Origin: an uncultured Poribacteria bacterium
GTDB taxonomy: Bacteria; Poribacteria; WGA-4E; WGA-3G
Direction: 5' to 3'
NCBI GenBank assembly: GCA_958296135.2
Contig: CATQHZ020000001.1
Location: forward strand, 2,880,001-2,944,000
DNA length: 64,000 nt
This document shows positions 37,521 through 46,847 of the stretch, in pieces. Both the position numbers and the translations under genes were made by a program. The notes beneath the pieces are model-generated. The model searched no databases. It saw only the letters and a program-made list of their open reading frames with translations, and was not told the DNA's origin. The stretch's first letter is position 1, and every line of letters starts with the position of its first letter.

Positions 37521-37814
37521 TCAGCGCTTATGCCACGGGAAGACGGTTATGTTCTTCGCCCAAAACCGCTTGTATTGGGACTCCGTCGTCTCCGATGGCG
37601 GCACCTCGGCGAGGTCTGCCGCGACATTGAACGGATTGTCGTGATAACAGACTATCTGATAATCAACGGAAGCTTCACTGACAGATTGCTGTAAGTCATC
37701 AACTGCCTCGGTTGATTTGCCGAAGATCTCGCTGAGCGTCCAACGAACTAAGTCCCAATATGCATCCACATCGCGCTGCGATAATGGAAATTCTTGCTCT
37801 TTTATCGTAGCCAT
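37521..37814 (-). CDS. Small acidic hypothetical protein
   Basis: 97 aa, AAGGAG RBS, ends 2 nt before hemW. Confidence 0.6.
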   Translation of the reverse strand: MATIKEQEFPLSQRDVDAYWDLVRWTLSEIFGKSTEAVDDLQQSVSEASVDYQIVCYHDNPFNVAADLAEVPPSETTESQYKRFWAKNITVFPWHKR

Positions 37815-37933
37815 TGTGGTAGTCTCCTTTCATACTCTGGTGTTCCCCGGCTGTGTAACACGGGCGCGGGGAGGATTTTCAACGCCGCCTCGCTATGAAA
37901 ACCAACCGGGTCCATGTCTTTGGCAACGAACAA

Positions 37934-39031
37934 CTAAAATTCCACACCCACCCGGATGGCATTCCCACCATCCGCATAAGCAAACGCCTCGTTCAGCTGC
38001 GCAAACGGGAAGGTGTGCGAGATGATTTTATGGAACGGGTATTTGTGTTGTGTCCGGTTCAAAAAATCGAGGGCGCGCGGGATAACCCACGGTTCATAGA
38101 CGATGATGCCGCGGATCGCCTTGCTACACCGCACAATGTTGCCCGGGTCTATCTCTGTCGGAAAGCCGAGGTTAATATTGCCGATCCAGAGGTACCGCCC
38201 ACCCCAACGGAGCATCTCTATGCCTTCGGCGATGACTCGCGGTGAACCGACGAATTCCGCGACCAGGTCTGCGCCGCTACCCCCGGTGTGGTCCATCACG
38301 TAAGCGAGCCGTTCGTTGGGTGGCATCACGTCAACGTTGATGCCGTGGTCTGCCCCGAATTCCCGCGCGAGTGCCAGGCGCGCCGGGAGCCGGTCCAACA
38401 CAATTATTTGTCCTGCGCCCATCTCTTTCGCGACAGCAGTGGCGTAGAGTCCGAGTCCGCCGGCCCCTTGTATGACGACTGTATCGCCGAGGGTGATGCC
38501 GATTTGGTTGAGGCCATATACCACTTCGGCGAGCGCACAGTTGATAGGCGAGACGAGTGCATCGGGGAGTGCGTCTGGTACTTTGAAAACCCAATGCCCG
38601 CGCTTCATATAGTAGTATTCGCCGTATGCTCCGTGAAAATGCGGTGGCTGCTCGCTGGAGACACCGAGCCAATCGCGATAACGGTTTGGGCATCCCGGCT
38701 TCCCGTTGAGGCATGTCCAGCAGTGTTGGCACGGTTTGAAATAGGAGTATGCAATCCGGTCGCCTTCCTCTAACGGTTGCCCGCGGCTATCGGTTGCGAT
38801 ATTTTTGCCTATGGCTTCAATCGTGCCGACCATTTCGTGTCCGAGCACCTGCGGGATGCCGCTGGCGATTTTGGGCCCGTGTCCGCGCCAGAAGTGCAGA
38901 TCGGAGCCGCAGATGTTGGCCATGCGGATTCGGACGAGGATATCGTCATCGCCGACAGCGGGGATTGGGTATTCGCGGAATTCCATCGGTGCCTGCGGTT
39001 GTGTGAAAATAGCGACTTTTCCGGTTTTCAT
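37934..39031 (-). CDS. Zinc-binding (MDR) dehydrogenase
   Basis: CGSDLH, GHE, CxxCxxC, GAGGLG. Confidence 0.92.
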   Translation of the reverse strand: MKTGKVAIFTQPQAPMEFREYPIPAVGDDDILVRIRMANICGSDLHFWRGHGPKIASGIPQVLGHEMVGTIEAIGKNIATDSRGQPLEEGDRIAYSYFKPCQHCWTCLNGKPGCPNRYRDWLGVSSEQPPHFHGAYGEYYYMKRGHWVFKVPDALPDALVSPINCALAEVVYGLNQIGITLGDTVVIQGAGGLGLYATAVAKEMGAGQIIVLDRLPARLALAREFGADHGINVDVMPPNERLAYVMDHTGGSGADLVAEFVGSPRVIAEGIEMLRWGGRYLWIGNINLGFPTEIDPGNIVRCSKAIRGIIVYEPWVIPRALDFLNRTQHKYPFHKIISHTFPFAQLNEAFAYADGGNAIRVGVEF

Positions 39032-39402
39032 GTCAGGTATGATGCCACGTTTTCGACGCGTCCCCTCTCCGCTTCGGCGGCCGGTGTCGCCTCCGTGCCG
39101 CGCGGTTTAAGCGTGAGTCTGCATCCGAGTGTATTGAGGATAGTTACAAGGGTGTCAAGCGGCGGTGCCTCGTCCGCGGCGAGCATTTGCTCAAGGACTT
39201 GCGGTGCAAGCTGCGTTTGCTTTGCAAGTTTGGTAACCCCGCCCTGCGATGCGACAAAGGTGCGGAGTGCCACTAAGAAAACGAACGTGTCACCGTCAAC
39301 TTGGTATTCTTCTAGGGCGAATTGGATGTAGCCTAATGCTTCATCCCTGTCTTTCGCCAGTTGTTCAATGAGGTATTCTCGCCATTTGATCGTGCTGTTC
39401 AT
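39028..39402 (-). CDS. Addiction-module antitoxin (HI1420/TIGR02684-like HTH)
   Basis: EALGYIQFALEE..FLVALR..GGVTKLAKQT..PPLDTLVTILNTLG; AGGAGG RBS. Confidence 0.75.
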   Translation of the reverse strand: MNSTIKWREYLIEQLAKDRDEALGYIQFALEEYQVDGDTFVFLVALRTFVASQGGVTKLAKQTQLAPQVLEQMLAADEAPPLDTLVTILNTLGCRLTLKPRGTEATPAAEAERGRVENVASYLT

Positions 39403-39706
39403 GGTTGTGCCTCCTGATAGTCTCGCCAATACATTCCATTCTGATAGGGAGTGTAGCATTTTCTTGGGAAACGTGTTCCCGAATCCGCTTCTCGGATTCC
39501 GCGATTTCTTCCGCGACGAATTCTCGGGTCTGCTTCTCGGATTTTCCGATTTCCTCCGCGATTTTCATTGTGACGAATTCTCGCATGCGCGCATCGTATT
39601 TCTCAAACATTGCCTCGATTTTCCCCAGGTCTTCACCGCTCAACTCGGCGAACGCCGCCGCATTCATGAGCAGGAACCCGAGCAGCAAAAACAGTGCTAA
39701 TTTCAT
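39365..39706 (-). CDS. Exported coiled-coil hypothetical protein, probably truncated
   Basis: Signal peptide, EEI..SEK..REFV repeats; C-terminus runs into the antitoxin; promoter TTGACA-17 nt-TATACT at 39739-39767. Confidence 0.55.
   Translation of the reverse strand: MKLALFLLLGFLLMNAAAFAELSGEDLGKIEAMFEKYDARMREFVTMKIAEEIGKSEKQTREFVAEEIAESEKRIREHVSQENATLPIRMECIGETIRRHNHEQHDQMARIPH
39399..39434 (-). pseudogene. Possible 3' remnant of the cognate RelE/HigB-like toxin
   Basis: YWRDYQEAQP-stop, TGA overlapping the antitoxin ATG (ATGA). Confidence 0.45.
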
Positions 39707-39867
39707 CGGTTATGCCTCTTAGCGTAAAACGTGAGAATAGTATACCGGAATTGCGCGGGAATGTCAATCTTTTTTTCGGGACGAGCGACTTATAAGGGCG
39801 GAAACCCTAGAAATCCGCTCTTTACAGTCGTGGCAGTCGTGGGTAAATTGCGGAATTTTGCGTCTGT

Positions 39868-40305
39868 TCAATACTCATCAAAGTTGACCACCTTCCATTC
39901 CCCGTTGATGCGTTCGGTGTTGAGGACAACGTTTCGGGTAGTCGCCTCCGTGCCGCGCGGTTTAAGCGTCAATTCGTAGTTGAATAGCACCTGATGTTCC
40001 GACGTGTCTTGCCGGGCAAGCTGCTTGTATTCAATCTTCGGCGGCTCCACTCCCGGTTGCCCGGGCATCCGGACTGCCTGCACGCGCGCGATTTCATCAT
40101 GCAACTTCTCTGCCGCCAGTAAATCGACGAGGAGGAGGGCCGCCTCCTGGTCTGCCCGTTGGTAATAGTTATAGATGAAGTCCTCGCTGACGGCCTGCGG
40201 CGTGTTCCGGTCTGCGCACGCGAGGAGGCATAGCATTAAGAGGCCGATGTAGAACGGCAAAAGGTTTTTGCGTAAGGTTTGAGAAAAATTAGATCCGATT
40301 TTCAT
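39868..40305 (-). CDS. Putative lipoprotein
   Basis: Hydrophobic stretch ending LLAC; C-terminal GEWKVVNF. Confidence 0.65.
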   Translation of the reverse strand: MKIGSNFSQTLRKNLLPFYIGLLMLCLLACADRNTPQAVSEDFIYNYYQRADQEAALLLVDLLAAEKLHDEIARVQAVRMPGQPGVEPPKIEYKQLARQDTSEHQVLFNYELTLKPRGTEATTRNVVLNTERINGEWKVVNFDEY

Positions 40306-40324
40306 TTGGTTTCTTGTGTTGAGC

Positions 40325-40752
40325 ATGGCGCGGGACAGACCCGCTCGCCCTACGGTGGTGCGGTGGTGCTCGGTGGCCTGTCCGCCGCGCTTGTTTCTGT
40401 CTAGGATTTGCTGTCGCCCTCCGGTGGCGCGGTGCATGGCGAGGCACAGGCCCTCGCCCTACGGTGGTGCGGCTGTCGTTCTCCGGTGGCGCGGTGCCTG
40501 GCGAGGCACAGGCCCTCGCCCTACGGTGGTGCGGCTGTCGTTCTCCGGTGGCGCGGTGCATGGCGAGGCACAGGCCCTCGCCCTACGGTGGTGCGGCTGT
40601 CGTTCTCCGGTGGCGCGGTGCCTGGCGAGGCACAGGACCTCGCCCTACGGTGGTGCGGCGGTGGTGCTTGGTGGCCTGTCCGCCGCGAGCGTTTCTGTCT
40701 AGGGTTTGCTGTCGTTCATCGATGGCGCGGGACAGCCCCCTCGCCCTACGGT
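40325..40752. repeat. REP array including a ~61-bp tandem unit
   Basis: TGGCGAGGCACAGGCCCTCGCCCTACGGTGGTGCGGCTGTCGTTCTCCGGTGGCGCGGTGC repeated about 4 times. Confidence 0.9.
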
Positions 40753-43700
40753 AACGGTAACGGGAGATTGTCAACAATCCGCACCGTCTCTAAACTCACG
40801 GTGATAATACGTCCGATTAATTCCATAATATAGCGCGGCGCGGCGGGACGATTCGGGTCGTTCACGATACCGCTCGCATCGGCCTCCGTCACTTGATACC
40901 GTTCTAACACCCAGTCCAACGCCGAATATGTGCCTAACTGATAGGCGAACGCCTCCGCAGGAATGCCCTCCAACGTGAGGAAATCGTTGTAGTGGATGCA
41001 CGTTTTGTCATCGGATAGCCGCATTTTCGCTACGCGCCAATCGAGTTGCATGCCCGGCGTTTCAACGCGCCGGAGCGGATATTCCGGCTGGTTCTCATAA
41101 TGGATATGCAGTTCTGCCAATGCTTTCCCTGCAGTGGCAAATCCCCAAAAGTCTGGCGCGAACGGCAGGTGCGGTAAATCACGTTTGAGGTTCAGCCCAT
41201 ACTTCTCGCGGTAATGCGGATGATGCAAGAGGCCATAAGCATAGTGGAAAATGTGCCACTTCTCAATAGAGGTATCGCCGTAATGCGCGCGAAATTGTGC
41301 CAACGCCCAATCGGTGATGTTCTCGCGCCGATTAGTGCCGTCCTCATCGTAAGTGTAGAAGGGAAAGCACTGATCCGCGCCTAACATGCCAAAAAACGGA
41401 ATGATGTTTGTCATCAGGCAGTGGAACGGTTTTTGACTTCCAACGCCACTGACACATATCGCCCGATTTTCTCCTTCTGTCTCTGCGGTAGGAAAGAAAG
41501 AAGGCAACCGATAAACACAATTATTCAGCACACGATGGAAGAAAAGATTTGATTTTGTGAAAGGACGGTAGAGTGCAGTTCTCACGTTGTTTTCAGCATA
41601 TTCGATTGTTCTACCGCGCGTCAAGTCTTGTCTTAATTCGCGATCCCACTTAATGTGTTCGTCGTCGTAAACCACAAAATCGTTGACGTTGACCTCTAAA
41701 TCTGTCCGCCGTTCCCATCGGAACACTTGCTGATTGTAGAAATCAATTGTCCGTTCAATGTTTGCAGCGAGCACATTTCGGTTGAAGTTGCACACCCAAT
41801 CATCGCGTCCGGTCTTAATAGGGTTGCAATACGTGCGAAATATCGCGCCTTCGGGTTTGCTCTTGCTCGCTTTTACCGCTTTGCTTCCTATCGGCATGAA
41901 GGTTGCGAATTCGGGGCGAAGTCCTTCGGTGAGCCACGTGTGCTTCGCATCGATATCGGCGCGTTTCATCGGCACGGTGGTGTAGTCGCCGAATTGGGTT
42001 AGGACGTTCTGTTTTTCGTCAGATTTCAGATAGTCGTCAACGTGATAGAGCCAGACTTCAGCCGGGTCTGACGTTTTTGTTGCGTCTGCCTTTTTGACGA
42101 GGAGACTGATGCCGACGCTGACCCGCACCTTATCGTCAAAGACGTTGCCGCCCTCTCTGCGCCGTCGTTCGCCGGAGGTTCGCGCGTTACCTTTGAGATC
42201 GATGTGATAAATTTTCGTGAAGTCCTGCGCTAGATGCTTCCGGATGCCATCGGCGGAGATAGCGTCAAGGAAGCTGTTATTCGTCACGAAGGCGATAATC
42301 CCTTCCTTTCCGATTCTATCGGATGCCCAGCGGAGTGACTTAATGTAGGGATCGTAGAGCGAATTTTTGAGTTGCGCTGCGGAGTCTTGCACATAAGTTT
42401 CCCGCACTCGTTCATCCATCGCCTTGTATTTCCGATTCCGGTTGTTATCGCTGTCGTTGGCTTGCCAAGCGTTGTAAGGCGGGTTGCCGATGACGACGAA
42501 CATCGGTGCGTTCTTCTGTTTTTCGGCGCGCTCGGTGTTTTCGCGCGTCAGCAATGGCAGCTGCCGCGATTCCGCCAAATCGAACGTATCGACGAGACAG
42601 ATTTTGTCGAACGGCACATACCGCCCGGTTGCCTCATAAAACTCGTGTTCGATGTTCATGCCGGCGATGTAGTAGGGGAGGAGTAGCACTTCGTTGCAGT
42701 GAAGTTCGTGGCGATACTTGTGTTCCAACGCGGTCTTCTCGATTTCGCGCATGAGGCGGACGATGAAGTTGCCTGTGCCGACGAATGCGTCGATGATATG
42801 CACCCCCGGGTCGGATATCGTGCGTCCGAACTCGGTTTTCAAAATTTGCGCGACGCTTTTCACGATGAAATCGACGATGGGCTGCGGTGTGTAGACGATG
42901 CCGTGTGTATCGGCATCCTTCACGGAGAACCCTTGGAAGAATTGTTCGTAGACGGTGTTGAGGAAGTGCTGTTTTTGGGAGAAGTCTTGGCAGAGGCGCG
43001 CTGCGTCCTCAATGGCGCGATAGAACGTGTCTAGACTGGCGAGGAACTCGTCGCGGCTAAATGCCGCCTCTGTCAGCACGTCAATGACGTTTTCAATTTC
43101 GCGTGCGATGATATTTCGGCGCGTGAAATCGGGGTTATTGAAAACGGTGCGGAACGTGCGTTCTGTCAAAATGTGCTGGCTGAGCATCTCCTCCACGGCG
43201 GCGGTGGAGAGGTTTGGGTTGATAGAGGCGCGGCAGAGCTGATAAAAATCGGCGAAGCTTGTGGTGAAACGTGGATTCGTTTGGCGCGCGTTCTGGATGA
43301 TTTCTGTCAGTTCCTGTCCCAGGGCGGGCACTGTCTCCTTGAATTCGGCGACAGCGGTGTGCCAATTTTCAACAGCGGCTCCCGGGTCGGAGAAGAGTCG
43401 TTGGAGTGCGGCGATGAGGTTCTTAGGCTCGGTGATGTCCAAGTCAAGCACTTTCTGTCCGTTTTGGTAGAGTATCCCGCGTTGCGGCGTGTAAAAAAAG
43501 ATGTTGGTATCGGGGTAGCCGTTGGCAAATTTGCGTTGGATTTCGCGCCCCAGGTCATCGTGAATATCTTTTGCTTCGATGAAAGCGAAGGGGAGTCTGT
43601 ATTCGTCGAGTATTGCGCCATCAATGACGATGCGGTTTCCTGCATCGGTTCGCATTGCGTATTGCGGGACGAAGGTTGCATCGACTTTCTTCGCGCAGGC

Positions 43701-43829
43701 ATCCAATAGGGTTTGCAAGGGCAAACTCACTGCGCCTTCGTGCGTGACGTTGTGGGCATCAAACTGCTGCAGCGTGGCGTAGTATTCTTGGATGGGTTTG
43801 TGGTTGGGTTTGAGGTTGAGTTTTCGCAT
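40746..43829 (-). CDS. Fused restriction-modification enzyme (PD-(D/E)xK nuclease + N6-adenine MTase + type ISP-like C-terminal specificity domain)
   Basis: IDG..FIEAKD; HGIVYTP, DAFVGTGNF, GNPPY; no helicase motifs. Confidence 0.85.
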   Translation of the reverse strand: MRKLNLKPNHKPIQEYYATLQQFDAHNVTHEGAVSLPLQTLLDACAKKVDATFVPQYAMRTDAGNRIVIDGAILDEYRLPFAFIEAKDIHDDLGREIQRKFANGYPDTNIFFYTPQRGILYQNGQKVLDLDITEPKNLIAALQRLFSDPGAAVENWHTAVAEFKETVPALGQELTEIIQNARQTNPRFTTSFADFYQLCRASINPNLSTAAVEEMLSQHILTERTFRTVFNNPDFTRRNIIAREIENVIDVLTEAAFSRDEFLASLDTFYRAIEDAARLCQDFSQKQHFLNTVYEQFFQGFSVKDADTHGIVYTPQPIVDFIVKSVAQILKTEFGRTISDPGVHIIDAFVGTGNFIVRLMREIEKTALEHKYRHELHCNEVLLLPYYIAGMNIEHEFYEATGRYVPFDKICLVDTFDLAESRQLPLLTRENTERAEKQKNAPMFVVIGNPPYNAWQANDSDNNRNRKYKAMDERVRETYVQDSAAQLKNSLYDPYIKSLRWASDRIGKEGIIAFVTNNSFLDAISADGIRKHLAQDFTKIYHIDLKGNARTSGERRRREGGNVFDDKVRVSVGISLLVKKADATKTSDPAEVWLYHVDDYLKSDEKQNVLTQFGDYTTVPMKRADIDAKHTWLTEGLRPEFATFMPIGSKAVKASKSKPEGAIFRTYCNPIKTGRDDWVCNFNRNVLAANIERTIDFYNQQVFRWERRTDLEVNVNDFVVYDDEHIKWDRELRQDLTRGRTIEYAENNVRTALYRPFTKSNLFFHRVLNNCVYRLPSFFPTAETEGENRAICVSGVGSQKPFHCLMTNIIPFFGMLGADQCFPFYTYDEDGTNRRENITDWALAQFRAHYGDTSIEKWHIFHYAYGLLHHPHYREKYGLNLKRDLPHLPFAPDFWGFATAGKALAELHIHYENQPEYPLRRVETPGMQLDWRVAKMRLSDDKTCIHYNDFLTLEGIPAEAFAYQLGTYSALDWVLERYQVTEADASGIVNDPNRPAAPRYIMELIGRIITVSLETVRIVDNLPLPLP

Positions 43830-43837
43830 TATGTTTT

Positions 43838-43867
43838 ATGATAACAGTATTGGGATAAAATTGTCAA
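43838..43867 (-). promoter_or_regulatory. sigma70-type promoter directly before the R-M start codon
   Basis: TTGACA-18 nt-TATCAT, 8 nt before ATG, no SD. Confidence 0.55.
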
Positions 43868-43990
43868 GAGAAAAATAGAAACGGGGCCGCTGGGCCGCTG
43901 CACTCGCGACGGGAGGCTAGGGCGGCAGGGCGCACGCGGGGGACAGGCCCCCGCGCTACGGTGTGCTACGGGCAGCAGGGCACCTTATCC

Positions 43991-45292
43991 TCATTCAGAC
44001 ATCGTGCGGATGAGTGCGACGTTAAAAATTCTGCGTTCGTAACCGTGTGAAGGGCTGTTGGCGACTTGGCCTAACGCCCACAACGTTGAAGAGCTCCCGC
44101 CATCAAAATTAATAGCGTGCTTGATGCCGAGGGAGCGAAAGAAATCTGCCATGTCGTAGAGCGTCATCCCCATGCTATAGCCGGGCTGTCTGCCATCAAT
44201 GGTGATGAGGAACAATTTTTCGTCGTTGAACCCTAATGCACTGCGTGGATTTCGGCGCGTGGCGTTTCGGTGTGCGTTGCCGCCTCTGAAACGTGCGAGC
44301 TTTTCCAACTCCGGTTCAATCTCCCCGTCGCGCAAGAGCCGCAGATTGCCGCCGACACCCGAGTGGACAGTCTGCCATTTTTCCGGTGTCAAGGCGATGG
44401 TGAGTTCGCCTTCAGCGGCTTCTGTTAGCTTATTGCGCCAGGCTTTCGCATGTGATGAGGTTACGGCGACAACAAGGCCGCGCGGCGGAATGGTGCTGTT
44501 GCCGCGCTGCGTGACAGCAGTGACGACAAAACGGCTGCGATACTTTCCGGTAAGCGGGAGTTCCACTTCTGCCAATGTGAGTTCGTAACATCGGCGCGTG
44601 AGGGTGCGTCTGCCAAACCGCGGCGTGTAGATAACGACAGGGCACAACGAATCACAAATCTGGTTGATACCGTCTATCTGAAAGGTCTCGCCGTCAATTT
44701 CAAGCGTTCCGTTTAGCTGCACCATGTCCATGAGAAACTCGCCATTGGGAGTTACGCCGAAGCTGGTTTCGCCCCAAGGTGATGGCGGCGAGTAGCCCCA
44801 TCTATCAAGTGGCATTGGGATGCTGACAAGTTCGCCGTTTTGGATGTGCAGGTTGTACATCATCCCGCCGCGGCCGCGCGAGTCTTCCCGAATGCCGAAG
44901 CTGCCGTTGACACCGGCTAAGGGTAGCATGCCTTTCTCCATGAGCCGTTTCGTTGCGCTGCTGATGGTCTCCCGCCCCAAAATGCGGGTGTTGGCGAGTT
45001 CTACGTCAAAGCGGAGCCCTTTCGCGTTGCGTTCCATCTCTGCGATGTAAACCGCGGCCTTGCCTGTCCACCAATATCGGTAGAGACGAAACCCGTCTGG
45101 CCAGCGTCCTTCCGCCAGTGCATCGCGCTTTCGGACAGTTTTGGGGAGAGTTTCGGCTTTAGTGCCGTTGCCGGGGGCTTCGGCGCGGAACGGTACGCGC
45201 AAGGCACTGATGGCTAAGATGAAAAGGAGGATGAGCCCACAGATGGCAATCAGTTTTTTGGGTATGGTGTTACGTTCTGCTGGATTTGGCAT
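43991..45292 (-). CDS. Phosphodiester glycosidase (NAGPA) family protein
   Basis: AGVNGSF, RNPRSALG, TIDGRQ..S.GMTL, AINFDGGSS; N-terminal TM. Confidence 0.88.
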   Translation of the reverse strand: MPNPAERNTIPKKLIAICGLILLFILAISALRVPFRAEAPGNGTKAETLPKTVRKRDALAEGRWPDGFRLYRYWWTGKAAVYIAEMERNAKGLRFDVELANTRILGRETISSATKRLMEKGMLPLAGVNGSFGIREDSRGRGGMMYNLHIQNGELVSIPMPLDRWGYSPPSPWGETSFGVTPNGEFLMDMVQLNGTLEIDGETFQIDGINQICDSLCPVVIYTPRFGRRTLTRRCYELTLAEVELPLTGKYRSRFVVTAVTQRGNSTIPPRGLVVAVTSSHAKAWRNKLTEAAEGELTIALTPEKWQTVHSGVGGNLRLLRDGEIEPELEKLARFRGGNAHRNATRRNPRSALGFNDEKLFLITIDGRQPGYSMGMTLYDMADFFRSLGIKHAINFDGGSSSTLWALGQVANSPSHGYERRIFNVALIRTMSE

Positions 45293-45315
45293 GGAAGTTC
45301 CTTTTTTATAGTTCT

Positions 45316-45520
45316 GCATGGCGATGGCCAGGTCCTCGCGCGACGGTGCTCAGCGCGCTCGGTGCATGGCGAGGCACAGGACCTCGCCCTACGGTGAGTG
45401 TGGAGTGCCTCGCGTCCGTAGCGCGGGGGCCTGTCCCCCGCGCTCGGTGCATGGCGAGGCACAGGACCGCGCCCTACGGTATGGGGCGGCCGGCCTGGTG
45501 CTCGCCGGGCCCGCGCCCTA
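45316..45520. repeat. REP cluster
   Basis: GCATGGCGAGGCACAGGACC.CGCCCTACGG and inverted CCGTAGCGCGGGGGCC units. Confidence 0.85.
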
Positions 45521-46828
45521 GGGTGACAAGGCCGGTTTTGCTTTTAAACCGATGCCGGTCAGAATGGATACCGTCGTTTCGCCTTCGTTGATGATGCCAG
45601 CCTCGCGAAAATGCTCGTATCCTTTGACAACCACGGCAGAGGTTGGTTCAACATAAATACCACGTGTTGCTAGGGTTTCTATGCCGGCTTTGATTTCAGC
45701 GTCGTCAACGGTGGTGAATGCGCCGTTCGTATGACGCATTGCGTCTAAAATCATCTCGCCGCGGATAGGCAGTTCAGCAGTAATTCCTTCGGCAAGCGTC
45801 GGGCTGGTTTGCGTCATTCTTGAGACAGTTATTCTATTTCGTGGGGCGGCTGCTTGCTTGTGTTTATCGCTGTGCCGCCCTTCCCGATACGCGTTGTAAA
45901 TCGGACAGCAGACCGTGGGTTGAACGCCCAACAACCGCGGCATGTGCGCAATAACGCCAGCCGCGTGCAATTCGCGAAAACCGATGAACAACCCCAAATA
46001 GATGCTCCCGAAACCGACAGGACAGATAACGTGCGCGGGGACATCTCCGCCCAACTGTTCAACGATTTCAAACGCCACTGTTTTTGTGCCTTCCAAAAAG
46101 AAAGGGTGCCAGTTGTGAGAGGCGTAGCAGGTGTTTTTCGCTGCGTCTTTCACCGCCTCGGTTGTCGCCATGCGGTTGCCTTCAACGAGTTTCAATCCTG
46201 CGCCGTAGGCGGCAATCTGTGCTAATTTCCCTTTTGATGTCGATGCTGGGCAGTAAATAGTGCATCGGATGCCGGCTCGCGCGCTATAAGCCGCTATTGC
46301 CGCGCCTGCATTTCCAGACGAATCCTCAACGATTTCTTCAACGCCGAGTGCCTTGAGATGCGTGAGCAACACTGAAGCACCCCGGTCTTTGTAAGAACCG
46401 GTTGGGCAGAGGTAGTCTAGTTTGACATAGTGCCCTGAATCTTCCGCGGTATCAAGCGGTATCAGCGGTGTTATTCCTTCGCCGAGGGTGACGGTGTCTG
46501 CATCGTCAGGTATCGGGAGTGCGGCGCGATACCGCCATAGGGAGATGTCCTCTGCTGTGCGGGCTCCCGTAGGGCGAGGGCCTGTGGCTTGCGATGCGTC
46601 TGCTGCGTGTTCTACCGTAGGGCGAGGGCCTGTCCCTCGCCATGTCTCTGCTGTGCGGGCTCCCGTAGGGCGAGGGCCCGGCGATCGCGAATCGCCGAGG
46701 GTTCCCCCTCGCCATGCCTCTGGGCCCCAAAAACCGTCCCTTAGCCATAACGGTGAACCGCAGTCGCATTGGTAGCGCAGCGGTGATATGGGGTATGTTG
46801 CATTGCAGTGGCTGCAGGTGTATTGCAA
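45518..46828 (-). CDS. thrC: Threonine synthase-like PLP enzyme with in-frame REP insertions
   Basis: Zn-ribbon N-terminus, SLWRY, LGEGITPL, PTGSYKDRG, SSGNAG, VEPTSA, LTGIGLK; TTG start with AGGAG RBS. Confidence 0.82.
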   Translation of the reverse strand: MQYTCSHCNATYPISPLRYQCDCGSPLWLRDGFWGPEAWRGGTLGDSRSPGPRPTGARTAETWRGTGPRPTVEHAADASQATGPRPTGARTAEDISLWRYRAALPIPDDADTVTLGEGITPLIPLDTAEDSGHYVKLDYLCPTGSYKDRGASVLLTHLKALGVEEIVEDSSGNAGAAIAAYSARAGIRCTIYCPASTSKGKLAQIAAYGAGLKLVEGNRMATTEAVKDAAKNTCYASHNWHPFFLEGTKTVAFEIVEQLGGDVPAHVICPVGFGSIYLGLFIGFRELHAAGVIAHMPRLLGVQPTVCCPIYNAYREGRHSDKHKQAAAPRNRITVSRMTQTSPTLAEGITAELPIRGEMILDAMRHTNGAFTTVDDAEIKAGIETLATRGIYVEPTSAVVVKGYEHFREAGIINEGETTVSILTGIGLKAKPALSP

Positions 46829-46847
46829 GTCTTTCTCCTAGTGGACA

